A stretch of 64,000 nt of DNA from Andalucia godoyi And28. Lineage: Eukaryota > Protista > Jakobida. Below, piece by piece: positions 21,576 to 30,847 of this stretch. The stretch is from assembly GCA_009859145.1 (NCBI GenBank), contig VRVR01000034.1, forward strand, positions 1-64,000, written 5' to 3'. The translations under genes and the position numbers were made by a program. How positions within the stretch are numbered: position 1 is the stretch's first letter; each line of letters opens with the position of its first letter. Below the pieces are notes generated by a model, which saw only the letters and a list, made by a program, of their open reading frames with translations, made no database searches and was not told where the DNA came from.

Positions 21576-22298
21576 CTACTCTGCTTTGTCATTGTGGAGG
21601 TGGTCGAAACTATCGAACGGCACAAAGGTATTGAGAGTCGTATAGCGCGAAAAAACGACGAACAGCCTGCGGAACCACACAAATTGGCTGTGGTGGGCGG
21701 ACATGGCCCGGTGACTTGCAGCCCATGACGGTTTCCAAATCACCAGTTTTCGATTTTCAGATGGCTTTGTGATTGGAGGGCAAAGACCGGCAGCCTCGGC
21801 ATACGAAAATGGGATGTCCAACAGGCCGGAATACTTCCGCGCCAGATTGACGGATTCCAAGAACCAGAGCTTCGCACTGCTCACAGCGGGACTTGTCGTG
21901 GAATCGCTTGAAAAGAGATTGCGCACACAGTGGTACGTTGCACGATGGTTCGGGTGACCACTCACTCCAAAAGCGTCAAATGTGTACACCTCATCTGGCT
22001 TCCATTTTTCAATGTGCTGCAAAACCACGCTCGATGCCGCGTCCATGTCCCAGTCGGAAGCCGGTCCGTCCTGAAACCCCGGGTCATCGATCACGGAAAT
22101 GTGAGATGCAGGGATACGAAACACGGACCCGGCCGCAACGAGTTCTTTTCCGCGGATTGCGCCTTGTCGGCCAAAGTTCCCAGTCGTCAAGCAGAGCCAA
22201 TAGATCGCGACTGACTGTTCGACGAGCTGAAGCAACAGTGGCACAAAAAACATTGACTCATCATCGGGATGCGCAAACACGAGTAGCGCACTCTTCAT
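21576..22298 (-). CDS. PIGL: N-acetylglucosaminyl-phosphatidylinositol de-N-acetylase
   Basis: AHPDDESMFF, TFDAFGVSGHPNH, HHSQFVWFRRLFVVFSRY. Confidence 0.93.
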   Translation of the reverse strand: MKSALLVFAHPDDESMFFVPLLLQLVEQSVAIYWLCLTTGNFGRQGAIRGKELVAAGSVFRIPASHISVIDDPGFQDGPASDWDMDAASSVVLQHIEKWKPDEVYTFDAFGVSGHPNHRATYHCVRNLFSSDSTTSPAVSSAKLWFLESVNLARKYSGLLDIPFSYAEAAGLCPPITKPSENRKLVIWKPSWAASHRAMSAHHSQFVWFRRLFVVFSRYTTLNTFVPFDSFDHLHNDKAE

Positions 22299-22685
22299 GA
22301 TCCAGTCCGCACGGTTCTCTCCTCTTTTTTGGCTGTCGTTTGGAATTCGGGATGATGCGTGTATTCTTCAGAAATGAAGTCAAATTCGAAAATACGCAAC
22401 AAACAACAACCAAAACAATAAACAAAACAAAAACAAGAAAGGAAGGAAGACAAGAACGAGAAAAAATCGCAGAATAGTAACACTTCATTTTCATGCATGC
22501 GCATCCGGAAAGTCGCATTCGTACGACAAGCGGCTGCCGCTGGATTTGTTGAGTCCTTGGATCTCGAGGGCGAGAAACGGACAGGCGAACGTGTTGCATT
22601 CCGCGGGTGGAACGCCATCGAGCATCGAAGTGGTGGTGGTGGTGGTGGTGGTGGTGGTGGTGCGAGGGAAAATAGAGGGACATGT

Positions 22686-24353
22686 TTACAGTTTAATCTG
22701 CCCCGCCAGTCGAACGACATCCTCGCCATACTTTTGGGCATCCAAAAATACGATTGGATCGAACCCGAGACCGCGAGCGATTTCCACAGATGTAGTGTCC
22801 TTTTGGAGGATCATATCAATGGCGCGAAGCATATACAAGACCGTTTCCTTATTGTCTTCCTGTGCAATCCAGTGGACAAGGGCAGAGAGCAGCTCGATGG
22901 ACGCCTCGCCCAAGACCGACGGGTCCGCAGAGAGCATGATATTGTTCGCCATTGCAGCAGCAACCATGCGCAAAAACGGTGCTGGGGCATGCATTGCTTC
23001 GCACGCAAGCTCGACAACCTTGTATGCATACGGCGAGTCCAAAGACCGCAAGAACGACTGCGCGTTGCAAATGACGTTGCTCAGCAATCGAAGACTGGTC
23101 AGCGCAAACGTCTTGTCTTGTGCCTCGACGTGCTTCACAAGAGTGTCAACAACAATCAGAAGGCGATCTCGGAAAGTCGTTGCAAGCTGTTCTACAAACG
23201 CCGGTTCGAGCGAAAGGAGTCGCAGAATATCCCAGATCGGAAACTGCTGCGGAGTAGGCACTCTTCCAAGAAGCTCCGGCGAGAAAAGAGCTTCAAGGTA
23301 TACAGAAGGCGGATGCGGAAGCGGCGTCTTTGAACGCAAGAATGATTCTACTTGTCGGACCAACGTTACGTGGCGATCAGCAATTGCACACTCCGACAAG
23401 ACAGGATACAATTTGGAAAAGAGACCATTGAAATTGCAGTTGCGGAACACAATTGGCGTTGACCGGACAGGAAGTTCTTGTCCAAGCGTTCGCGGGGACC
23501 CTGAAAACGCAGCTGCTGCAGATGGCGTGCCTGGAGGCTGCATAAACGACTCGGGGGCGCCACCAGCACCCGTGAACATCTGGTCGATCAGCGGGCGGAT
23601 CATCGCACCAAATGGAGTCGCCATGACCTCCGAAGGAAGACCTGTGATGTGCGCTGGAATAGGCCGACCGACAAGGAACATGCTGGATTCTCGCGTGAAA
23701 TCATTACAGTTGTTCTCAAGAAGATGATAAGTGTACATGTTGAACCGAGAGGACAGCTGCTGCAGATACGCCAGGAACTCTCCCTGTTCTTTTGTAGTCT
23801 CTCCCAACCTGCATGAAGAAGCGAAGCAAGTGCTGTTAGTGGAAAAAACGACGACAGAATCCGCGGGGGGCGGAAGACACAGAGGAACACACAAAACAAC
23901 GGCAACAAGAAACGTGGAATAAGAGGAACAAGAATAAAAGGCGACATACTCGATCACTTCATGCGGAGCACCAAATGGGGTGTTTGCCTACTCGTGTGGG
24001 GAAAAGAGGAAGAGAGAAAAGACGGAGAAAAGAACCACAAATGATGATGCATGCGACACAGATTATGATTAGCAGATGTTTGTTGTTGTTGCTGTCTTGT
24101 TTTGCATCGTGTGTTTTTTGGTTGTTTGTTTTGTTTTTGGAATTTTTTTTTCTTTTTGTGCAAGTATTTTTTTCAAAAGCGCACATACCGGATAGCCCTG
24201 CTGGATGCCCTGGCCATAGAAATACTCTGTGCCATACACGACGATTCCCGTGTGCCATATTCCGTCAATGTACTTTCCAAGAAGCATTGGGGAAAGCTGG
24301 CGTGCCATTCCCCGACTGAGGTCGTACACGTGCAGCGTAACTTTGTGCGGCAT
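22686..24353 (-). CDS. PPPDE/DeSI1-type isopeptidase fused to PUL domain; exons 24353-24189, 23987-23950, 23808-22686
   Basis: Spliced product gives VYDLSRGMA..GIWHTGIVVYG.EYFYG..GYP|ANTPFGAPHEVIE|LGET..YHLLENNCNDF (His/Cys dyad), then a helical PUL-like region (FPIWDILRL, RLLSN). Both introns are GTATGT..AG. Confidence 0.88.
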
Positions 24354-24747
24354 TGCGGTGGCTGGCTGCTCCTGAAGTCTCGTCTGTTTTTCCTTTCTTT
24401 CTTTGTTTGTTAAACGGTTAAGTACTTGTAGTAAAAAACCGGGGAACAGATTGCGATTATTCCAGCGACCAGCAAAGGGTCTTCCACTTGATCCTTGCGT
24501 CCCAAACGAGAAACTGTGAAAGAAAAGGCCCGGCACTTTTTCCGCTGTACGCATCGGACATCGACCGAAGAGCATGCGCCATCGGCCATACCACATGGGG
24601 ACTCGTAGGACGCAGACCAAAGCGAGCGCACTGTGGATCGAGCATTGGGTAGGGTGCAAAAAAAAAAATTAAACAATAAGAAAATATAAAAAAGAAGGAT
24701 CCGTGGCAGTGATTGGAGAATCGGTGGAAAACATTGAACACCGCACA

Positions 24748-26526
24748 ATGTCGCTGATCGTTGATCTCCATCGGACGCTGGTCGAGCAGCAGTCGTCAAC
24801 GCAGCAATTGACTCTGTTATGCGATCAATACAACGATGTTTTGCGGATGATGGCGCGTGATCGTGAGACATGCTTCCAGCTCAAATCTGATCTTGCACGG
24901 GCAACGGAAGAGAACAGTCGTCTTCGAAAAACCGTGTTGCATCTTGAAAAGAATTCCAGTGGAACCGGGCCGGAAAGCAGCGAACTGCTGCAGTCTGCAC
25001 AGGCAAAGATCAAGGAGCTCGACGACAAGGTTCGGGCGCAAGCGGAGGAACTGACGACACTGTTGCGGTACAAGGCTCTGTCGTCTGCTGATATGCTTGA
25101 TCTCTCAAAGGAGAACAAGCAGCAGGCCAAGATCATTGAAGACCAGACTGCATCCATCAGCGTCCTTCAGTCGCAGCTTTCGGAATCGGCGGCAAGCCGT
25201 GGCCGACTGGAAAACGCTCTCGAGGTCATGCGGAGGGAATATGAGGCACTGCAAAAGCAAGTGGAAAGCAAGGACAAGGAGCTGCGAGACCAGTCTATTT
25301 TGCTTTCTCGGCTGCAAGAAAAGATGGTCAGCTCCGTCCAGACACATGCGGATATGCTGAATGATGCAAACAATGAAAACGAAGCGCTGAGAAGAGAAAT
25401 CAAGAAGCTGCAGAGCCAGCTGGCAGAGGCGATGAAACGGCTTGCAGACGGAAGCTTCGTGGATGTTTCGTCGGACGTTGTTGGCTCCCCGTCGTCTGCG
25501 TCTGCTGGGTCTGGAGCTCATGGAAAGGAGTCGAATTCATACTTGTCGCGAGTCGGTCTGAGCAACGACACCTCTGCAGCTCGAAAGATGCTCAGCCACG
25601 CGCCTTCTGAGGTATATAAGCGAGTGGAGGGTGCACATGATACCGAGCTGAATGGAGTGGCTATGGTCTCGGAAGGCGTGATGCCCACTCTTGCCACAGT
25701 GTCGTCCGGAAAGACGGTGCTGTTGTGGGAGGCGCGGACGTTCACACCCACAGGGCCTCTGTCCGGCTCAACACAGGCGCTGCTGGCAGTGGATCTCACC
25801 TCCCCGGCCCTCTCTATTCAGCCGATGGTCCTGGCTGCTGGAAACGACGCAACCTGTCGTGTCTGGACACTGGGCGTGAATCGTCTGCGGCACGCTCTGA
25901 CGGGACACACTGCAAAGATCCATGGAGCGCGGTTCAATGCGGATGCTCGTTTCATCATTACTGGCTCCCACGATCGAACTCTGAAGCTTTGGGATGTTGG
26001 AACCGGGTACTGTATCCGGACGATCCCCTGCGGCTCGTCGTGCAATGATGTGTGCTTCGGACCCACTGGGGACGACATTGTGGTCTCGGGGCATCTCGAT
26101 GGTTCTGTGCGGGTATTCGACGCCCGTGATGCAAGAGTTGTTGGCGAGCTAAAGGGGCTTCATTCGCAGCAGGTCACGTCCGTTGCGGTTGCTCGCGATG
26201 GCATGCGGGTGCTTACCAATGGCCGCGACTCTGTGTTGCGTCTCGTGGACATTCGCATGCAGTCGCAGCAGTCCGAGCTCATGGCATTCAGGCATGCCGA
26301 TTTCAAGTCGGGGGTCAACTGGAATCGCGCATGCATGTCTCCAGATGGTATGTATGTCGCTGCTGGAGGGCTGAACGGCCGCCTGTTTGTATGGAACACC
26401 GGAACAGCCAAATTGGAATGCTCGTTGGAGGGTCACGAAAAGCCCATTTCGTCCGTCATCTGGAGTTCCGATGGCCAGCAACTTGTGTCTGTCGGCCTTG
26501 ACGGCGCCCTGGTTGTCTGGAGGTGA
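24748..26526 (+). CDS. ATG16: Autophagy protein ATG16 (coiled coil + C-terminal WD40 propeller)
   Basis: N-terminal coiled coil followed by 7 WD repeats with ATG16L1-like text (LTGHTAKI, TGSHDRTLKLWD, SSCNDV, SGHLDGSVRVFD, NWNRACMSPDGMYVAAG). Confidence 0.88.
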   Translation: MSLIVDLHRTLVEQQSSTQQLTLLCDQYNDVLRMMARDRETCFQLKSDLARATEENSRLRKTVLHLEKNSSGTGPESSELLQSAQAKIKELDDKVRAQAEELTTLLRYKALSSADMLDLSKENKQQAKIIEDQTASISVLQSQLSESAASRGRLENALEVMRREYEALQKQVESKDKELRDQSILLSRLQEKMVSSVQTHADMLNDANNENEALRREIKKLQSQLAEAMKRLADGSFVDVSSDVVGSPSSASAGSGAHGKESNSYLSRVGLSNDTSAARKMLSHAPSEVYKRVEGAHDTELNGVAMVSEGVMPTLATVSSGKTVLLWEARTFTPTGPLSGSTQALLAVDLTSPALSIQPMVLAAGNDATCRVWTLGVNRLRHALTGHTAKIHGARFNADARFIITGSHDRTLKLWDVGTGYCIRTIPCGSSCNDVCFGPTGDDIVVSGHLDGSVRVFDARDARVVGELKGLHSQQVTSVAVARDGMRVLTNGRDSVLRLVDIRMQSQQSELMAFRHADFKSGVNWNRACMSPDGMYVAAGGLNGRLFVWNTGTAKLECSLEGHEKPISSVIWSSDGQQLVSVGLDGALVVWR

Positions 26527-26757
26527 AAAAGAAACATAAGAAGACATAAGAAGACAGGAAAAAAGAAATTAAATTACGATTGCAGTCAACGACAAAGAAA
26601 TGACTGATTTTTTTTTGTTTATTGTTTCACTTTGTTTACTTGGTTTTTGTTTTTGTTTTAGTCATGTTCTGCTGCTTCACCAAACGTCGACAGAGCATAC
26701 GAGAAACGACAGGCAGGCGAGAACATTCGAAACTAGGAAAGGGAAAGGCCAAACAAA

Positions 26758-27186
26758 TTAAAACATCTTGGAGATGACGCTTCCTCCTTCACGTCCAGCT
26801 GCGGCTGCCGCACCGGCGATCATGAAGCGCTCCTTGTTTCGCTCCACCTCTGTTACGTTCTGAACCAAGACGCACGGGAAGCAGAAGATCGTCATCAGGC
26901 AGTCTTCGCATGTGTCTCCCGGGATTTGCATCACTGTGCGGATTCTGCGGCGAGAAAAGTATGCGACATTCGGAAGAATAGCGCAGCAGATGTCCATCTT
27001 GTCAGGAACAAGACGGCCCTCCGTGATTGCCATGGTGAGCGCAGACGGTGCACACGGACAGCAAAACGCAGCCATTACGCGTCCGCAGCCTTCCTCCATG
27101 CATCCAAACAGACCAATCGAAAACTGGCCAGCTGGTCCAGCAGGCTTCGTCTGACCGCCAAGCATCTTTGCAGCAGAAAGCGCCAT
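26758..27186 (-). CDS. PLAC8/Cys-rich family protein
   Basis: FSIGLFGCMEE, AFCCPC, RRRIRTVMQIPGDTCEDCLMTIFCFPCVLVQNVTEV. Confidence 0.88.
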   Translation of the reverse strand: MALSAAKMLGGQTKPAGPAGQFSIGLFGCMEEGCGRVMAAFCCPCAPSALTMAITEGRLVPDKMDICCAILPNVAYFSRRRIRTVMQIPGDTCEDCLMTIFCFPCVLVQNVTEVERNKERFMIAGAAAAAGREGGSVISKMF

Positions 27187-27398
27187 TCTTCTTTTTTGAA
27201 TTAAGAAATGTACAGAATTCAATACAGATCGCAAACGACGATTCTTATTATTCTTTTGAAAGAAGAGGAAGGGGAAAATAGAAAAGAAAGTAAAGGAACG
27301 AATCGAGAATCGATGGCCCCAAACGATCGATCAATATTTTTTGAAACGGGGAAAACTGTGGTTTGGGTCGGAGAGAGTACGGTTGACTACTTTTGTGT

Positions 27399-27650
27399 AT
27401 CAGCGTTGAACATCAAAGCAATGCGATTTTCCTACCGTAGTCAAGTCGAGGATTTCTTCATTCGCTCTCCACACTTTATTCCTTTCTATTATTTTCTGTT
27501 TATTTCTCATATTTATGGTCGAACCCTCAAGCAGCACTTTTCATCCGAGACAAAATACATCGCATGGCCCCAAATTGGGTCTGTCTTCGGTGACAGCTTA
27601 GCCGATGATCAACAATGATCCATGTTTTGGCGAGCGGGCTGGTGTGGCTA
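27399..27650 (+). repeat. Dispersed repeat family copy B
   Basis: ATCAGCGTTGAACATCAAAGCAATGCGATTTTCCTACCGTAGTCAAGTC and CCCAAATTGGGTCTGTCTTCGGTGACAGCTTAGCCGATGATCAACAATGATCCATGTTTTGGCGA align with copy C (54836-55165). Confidence 0.85.
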
Positions 27651-27901
27651 GAAGGGATGTCAACTGTTGATCAATTCAGGGTGTGTGTGTGTGTGTGTGT
27701 GTGTGTTTTAATTTAAAATTAAATTTTTGTTCGACCAAGCCGAACCATCAGTGATACACTATGTCCAGAATCCTTTCAATAGTGGCTAGAGGTGACATAA
27801 ATACAATAATAATAATAGGAATAAGAAAACAAATAAAATAAAATAAAATAAACAATCGGTTTTGGTTGAGAAGTGTTTGCAGAGATGCCAACTGCGCTGC
27901 G

Positions 27902-28592
27902 TTAGAGAAACTGGTACGTTCCGACGCTTCTTGACGGCACGAATTCCAAGTGCAGATGCTGGAAAGGATCAGATGATTCATGAAAATAGTATCCATGTAA
28001 GATGCCAGTTGCGCGTTCAAGGGCCACGTAATAGAAACCGGAAATGGAGGCGCCAGCAATGGAGGCTACCTTGTGATCTGGGACGAGGAACATCTCTTTC
28101 CACCTCATAAAAATATGAGTCGCATTGTCCGCAAAGGGATCAATAGCAAACGACTCGGAAGTAAACTGCGATGCGAACTTTTGGAAAGCAGGAAATGTAC
28201 CCCAATGCGACGCATCAATGTATTCATCAGCACCCCACTTGTTTGTCAAGAACGGACACTTTCGAGACCCGACGATTTCCGCTTCAAAGTACGTACATAA
28301 CAACGGATAGTCGTTCGAGAGACCCTGTGCAGTGAGAAACCCGCTAAACTTGTGACTCGGAAGATCCGTCGATGTAATGACCACTGATACTGGAAAAGGC
28401 ACGCTCGGGTCGCTTGCCAAAGGTCTCCCAGGAGCCTGTCCTAGCAGCCTTTGCCGTGATTGTGGTAATATAACACTCGACGGCACGTTGGCTGGACGGA
28501 TAGGAGACCGTGGATTTCGAGGCTGAACATTGAACGGATTTTCCATGGACGACAAATAGGAAGCAGCAGCAAACGAAGAAGATGCCGACGAC

Positions 28593-28648
<56 letters not shown>

Positions 28649-29038
28649 GGAAGAGGCAGAAGGTGCTGTCGTAGAGAATGGGACGGTTGCAGCGACGTGC
28701 TGATGCTGCTGAGGATCGAGGAGAGGCAGTTGCTGGAGAGAGCTCCTCTGAAGTCGCGACTCGACAGAAAATATCTCGTCCAGATCGGCATTCCAAAGCA
28801 AGGAGAGCATATCGGGAACATTCGATCGAGCAGGACTCGTCAGGTTCTTCCCGCCAAGAAATGCAGCATGCTGGCAATCCAGCATTCGATAAGACTGCAG
28901 GGCGGATGGATCGGGCCCAACGTGCACCTGAGACGGATCGGAATTCGAAGACTGAACACCAATAAATCGCGCTCCAACATGCAAAAACCTGCAGAATGCA
29001 AATGACGGCGAGGACGCAGAACTGTTTCGATCGCTCAT
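27902..29038 (-). CDS. GID4: GID4/Vid24 (Pro/N-degron receptor of GID/CTLH E3 ligase)
   Basis: FLHVGARFIGVQ, GFLTAQGL...YPLLCTYFEAEIVG, FLTNKWGA, HWGTFPAF, IFMRWKEMFLVPDH, GASISGFYY, GYYFHESSDPFQHLHL. Confidence 0.9.
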
Positions 29039-29650
29039 TCGTCGAACTTACCGATGGGTTTGACAGCTTTGCACGAGCATAAGCAACAGAGTGTGTGTAA
29101 GGGAGTGCGTGTAAGGGAGGGAGAGAGGGAGGAGAAAATGCAGTCTAACCAACGCTCACTGCCAAAAAAAAAAACCCCCAAACTCAACGGACGTTTCGTA
29201 TGACAAGGAGGAAAGTGTGGACTCTATTCAAAAACCTGGACAGCATTAAAAGCAAATACATACATATTTATATTTATTTTGAAAATACACATATATATTT
29301 ATATATTTAAAAACCCACCTTGTTGGTCTTTTCGACTGGACGACAGAAACTTCCACTGGTCCTTTCCCAATGCTGCTGCCGCACACGACACCAACCTACC
29401 GTACGCCGTTGCCAAACGTTTTGTACTGCTCTTATCGTGTTCTATTTCGTTTTCATCGTCTTTGACCAAATGCTTTTTGAAACCCTAGCGCAGGGTTTTT
29501 TCCCATCCAGTTAGAACTAAATAAAAACGACATCTCTCTCTCTCTCTTTTTTTTTTTTACGATCTCGCCTTTTTTTTTTTTGCTTGTTTGATTATTTCAC
29601 TTTGATTTGGCTATCGTCGTCGTCTGCAATTCGGAGTTTTATTGAGAGTC

Positions 29651-30454
29651 ATGTTCGAAACTTCGCGAACCATCCGAAAGAAATACGATGTTTCAACCCC
29701 GCTACTTCGGAAATGGGCCGCGAGCGGAAAGTTGCAGTATATCCGCACTTCTTACCAACGACTCTACAATAGCGTCCAAGTCCGTGAGCTTGTCGGCGAC
29801 AGCACAGCCGAGGGCAATAGTGCCCGAGTTCGCGAGCTTGTCGGCGACACCGTAGCCGATGACAATCCATCGCAAACGCGATCGACACTCCTCTACGCCC
29901 GAGTGTCCTCTCAACAACAAGAAACAGACCTTCAGCGCCAAATCACCGATCTTCGAACCGCCTACCCCGGTGCAGCCGCAATCTGCGACGTCGGCTCAGG
30001 CATCGACTTCCATCGTTCCGGATTTAAAACCCTTCTGGGACGCGTTCTGCGCGGAGAGGTCGAGCGCGTCGTGGTTACCCACCGCGACAGACTGTGTCGA
30101 TTTGCCATCGACCTTGTGGAGTGGTTCTTGGAACAGTCTGACACAGAACTTGTGGTTCTTGGCACAGATGCTCCAAACAACACTGGCCACGAGCTCGCGG
30201 ACGATTTTCTTGCCATCTCCAACTTCTATGTTGCTTCCTCCATCAACGGGCGCCGGTCCGCCGAAAAAACCCGCAAACGTCGCCGTGAAGCAACAGGAGT
30301 CGCAGAGCAGCGGGACAGAGACAAAGAAGAAGAAATCCCTGTTCGGGCGAAAAAGCGGCAAGCAGCCAGCCAACAGCGCCAAGACAATCAAGATGCGTCC
30401 CACTCTCCAGCAGCGTTCCATGCTGTAACAGTGGATGTACAGCAAGGCCTTTAG
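29651..30454 (+). CDS. tnpA: IS607-family transposase TnpA (MerR-like HTH + serine recombinase)
   Basis: N-terminal HTH (KYDVSTPLLRKWAASGKL..IRT..QRLY), catalytic YARVSS, DLQRQ, DVGSGIDFHRSGFKTLL, VVVTHRDRLCRFAIDLVEW, C-terminal ELADDFLAI helix; frame open. Confidence 0.93.
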   Translation: MFETSRTIRKKYDVSTPLLRKWAASGKLQYIRTSYQRLYNSVQVRELVGDSTAEGNSARVRELVGDTVADDNPSQTRSTLLYARVSSQQQETDLQRQITDLRTAYPGAAAICDVGSGIDFHRSGFKTLLGRVLRGEVERVVVTHRDRLCRFAIDLVEWFLEQSDTELVVLGTDAPNNTGHELADDFLAISNFYVASSINGRRSAEKTRKRRREATGVAEQRDRDKEEEIPVRAKKRQAASQQRQDNQDASHSPAAFHAVTVDVQQGL

Positions 30455-30770
30455 CTCTTCTCAAGCATGGAAAGGTGGCATCCGTCATTAAGGCTACTCG
30501 GAGTCTGGTGATCAACGACAACATTCGTAGCGAGGGGGCTCCGTGATTTGCTCAAAAGCGCTCCAGTCCAACTGGGCGAAAAAACGAAGAAGGGAAAACA
30601 AAAAGAATACTGAGCACACGTTCGAGATGAAGTTTCGTCGTCGAAAAGGCTCCCTCGGAAACAATTATATTTCCCGTCAAGCATTGGGCGCGGCGGCTTT
30701 GTTTCATCGTAAACGTTCGAAACAGAAGGAACCAATCAGCATTGATGCTGTGAATCGCAGGTGGGCAGCA
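29859..30770 (+). pseudogene. Fanzor2/IS607-TnpB-type nuclease pseudogene (N-terminal/REC-WED part only, RuvC absent)
   Basis: Frame +1 to TnpA: KPFWDAFCAERSSASWLPTATDCVDL..SGSWNSLTQNLWF..KTIKMRPTLQQRSML*(TAA 30426)QWM. Removing one base from each of four homopolymer runs gives YSKALALLK..LVINDN IRSEGLRDLLKALQSNWAKK..HTFEMKFRRRKGSSETIIFPVKHW. Confidence 0.85.
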
Positions 30771-30847
30771 AGTGATAAAAAATACGCGAGAAAGAAACGA
30801 AACGAGACGCGGGGGGAGGGTAAGTAGCAAGCATAATTTACAAAAAG

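Larger units (their letters stand above)
29651..30770 (+). mobile_element. IS607-type element (serine recombinase TnpA + overlapping Fanzor2/TnpB remnant), 3'-truncated
   Basis: TnpA ORF overlapped in the +1 frame by a Fanzor2-like ORF whose decayed continuation runs to about 30770. Element ends were not identified. Confidence 0.9.

Noticed and set aside
29330-29500. Mixed-composition stretch left of TnpA that could be the IS607 left end or another relic
   Set aside because: No recognisable motif, subterminal repeats or GG junction could be assigned without sibling copies.
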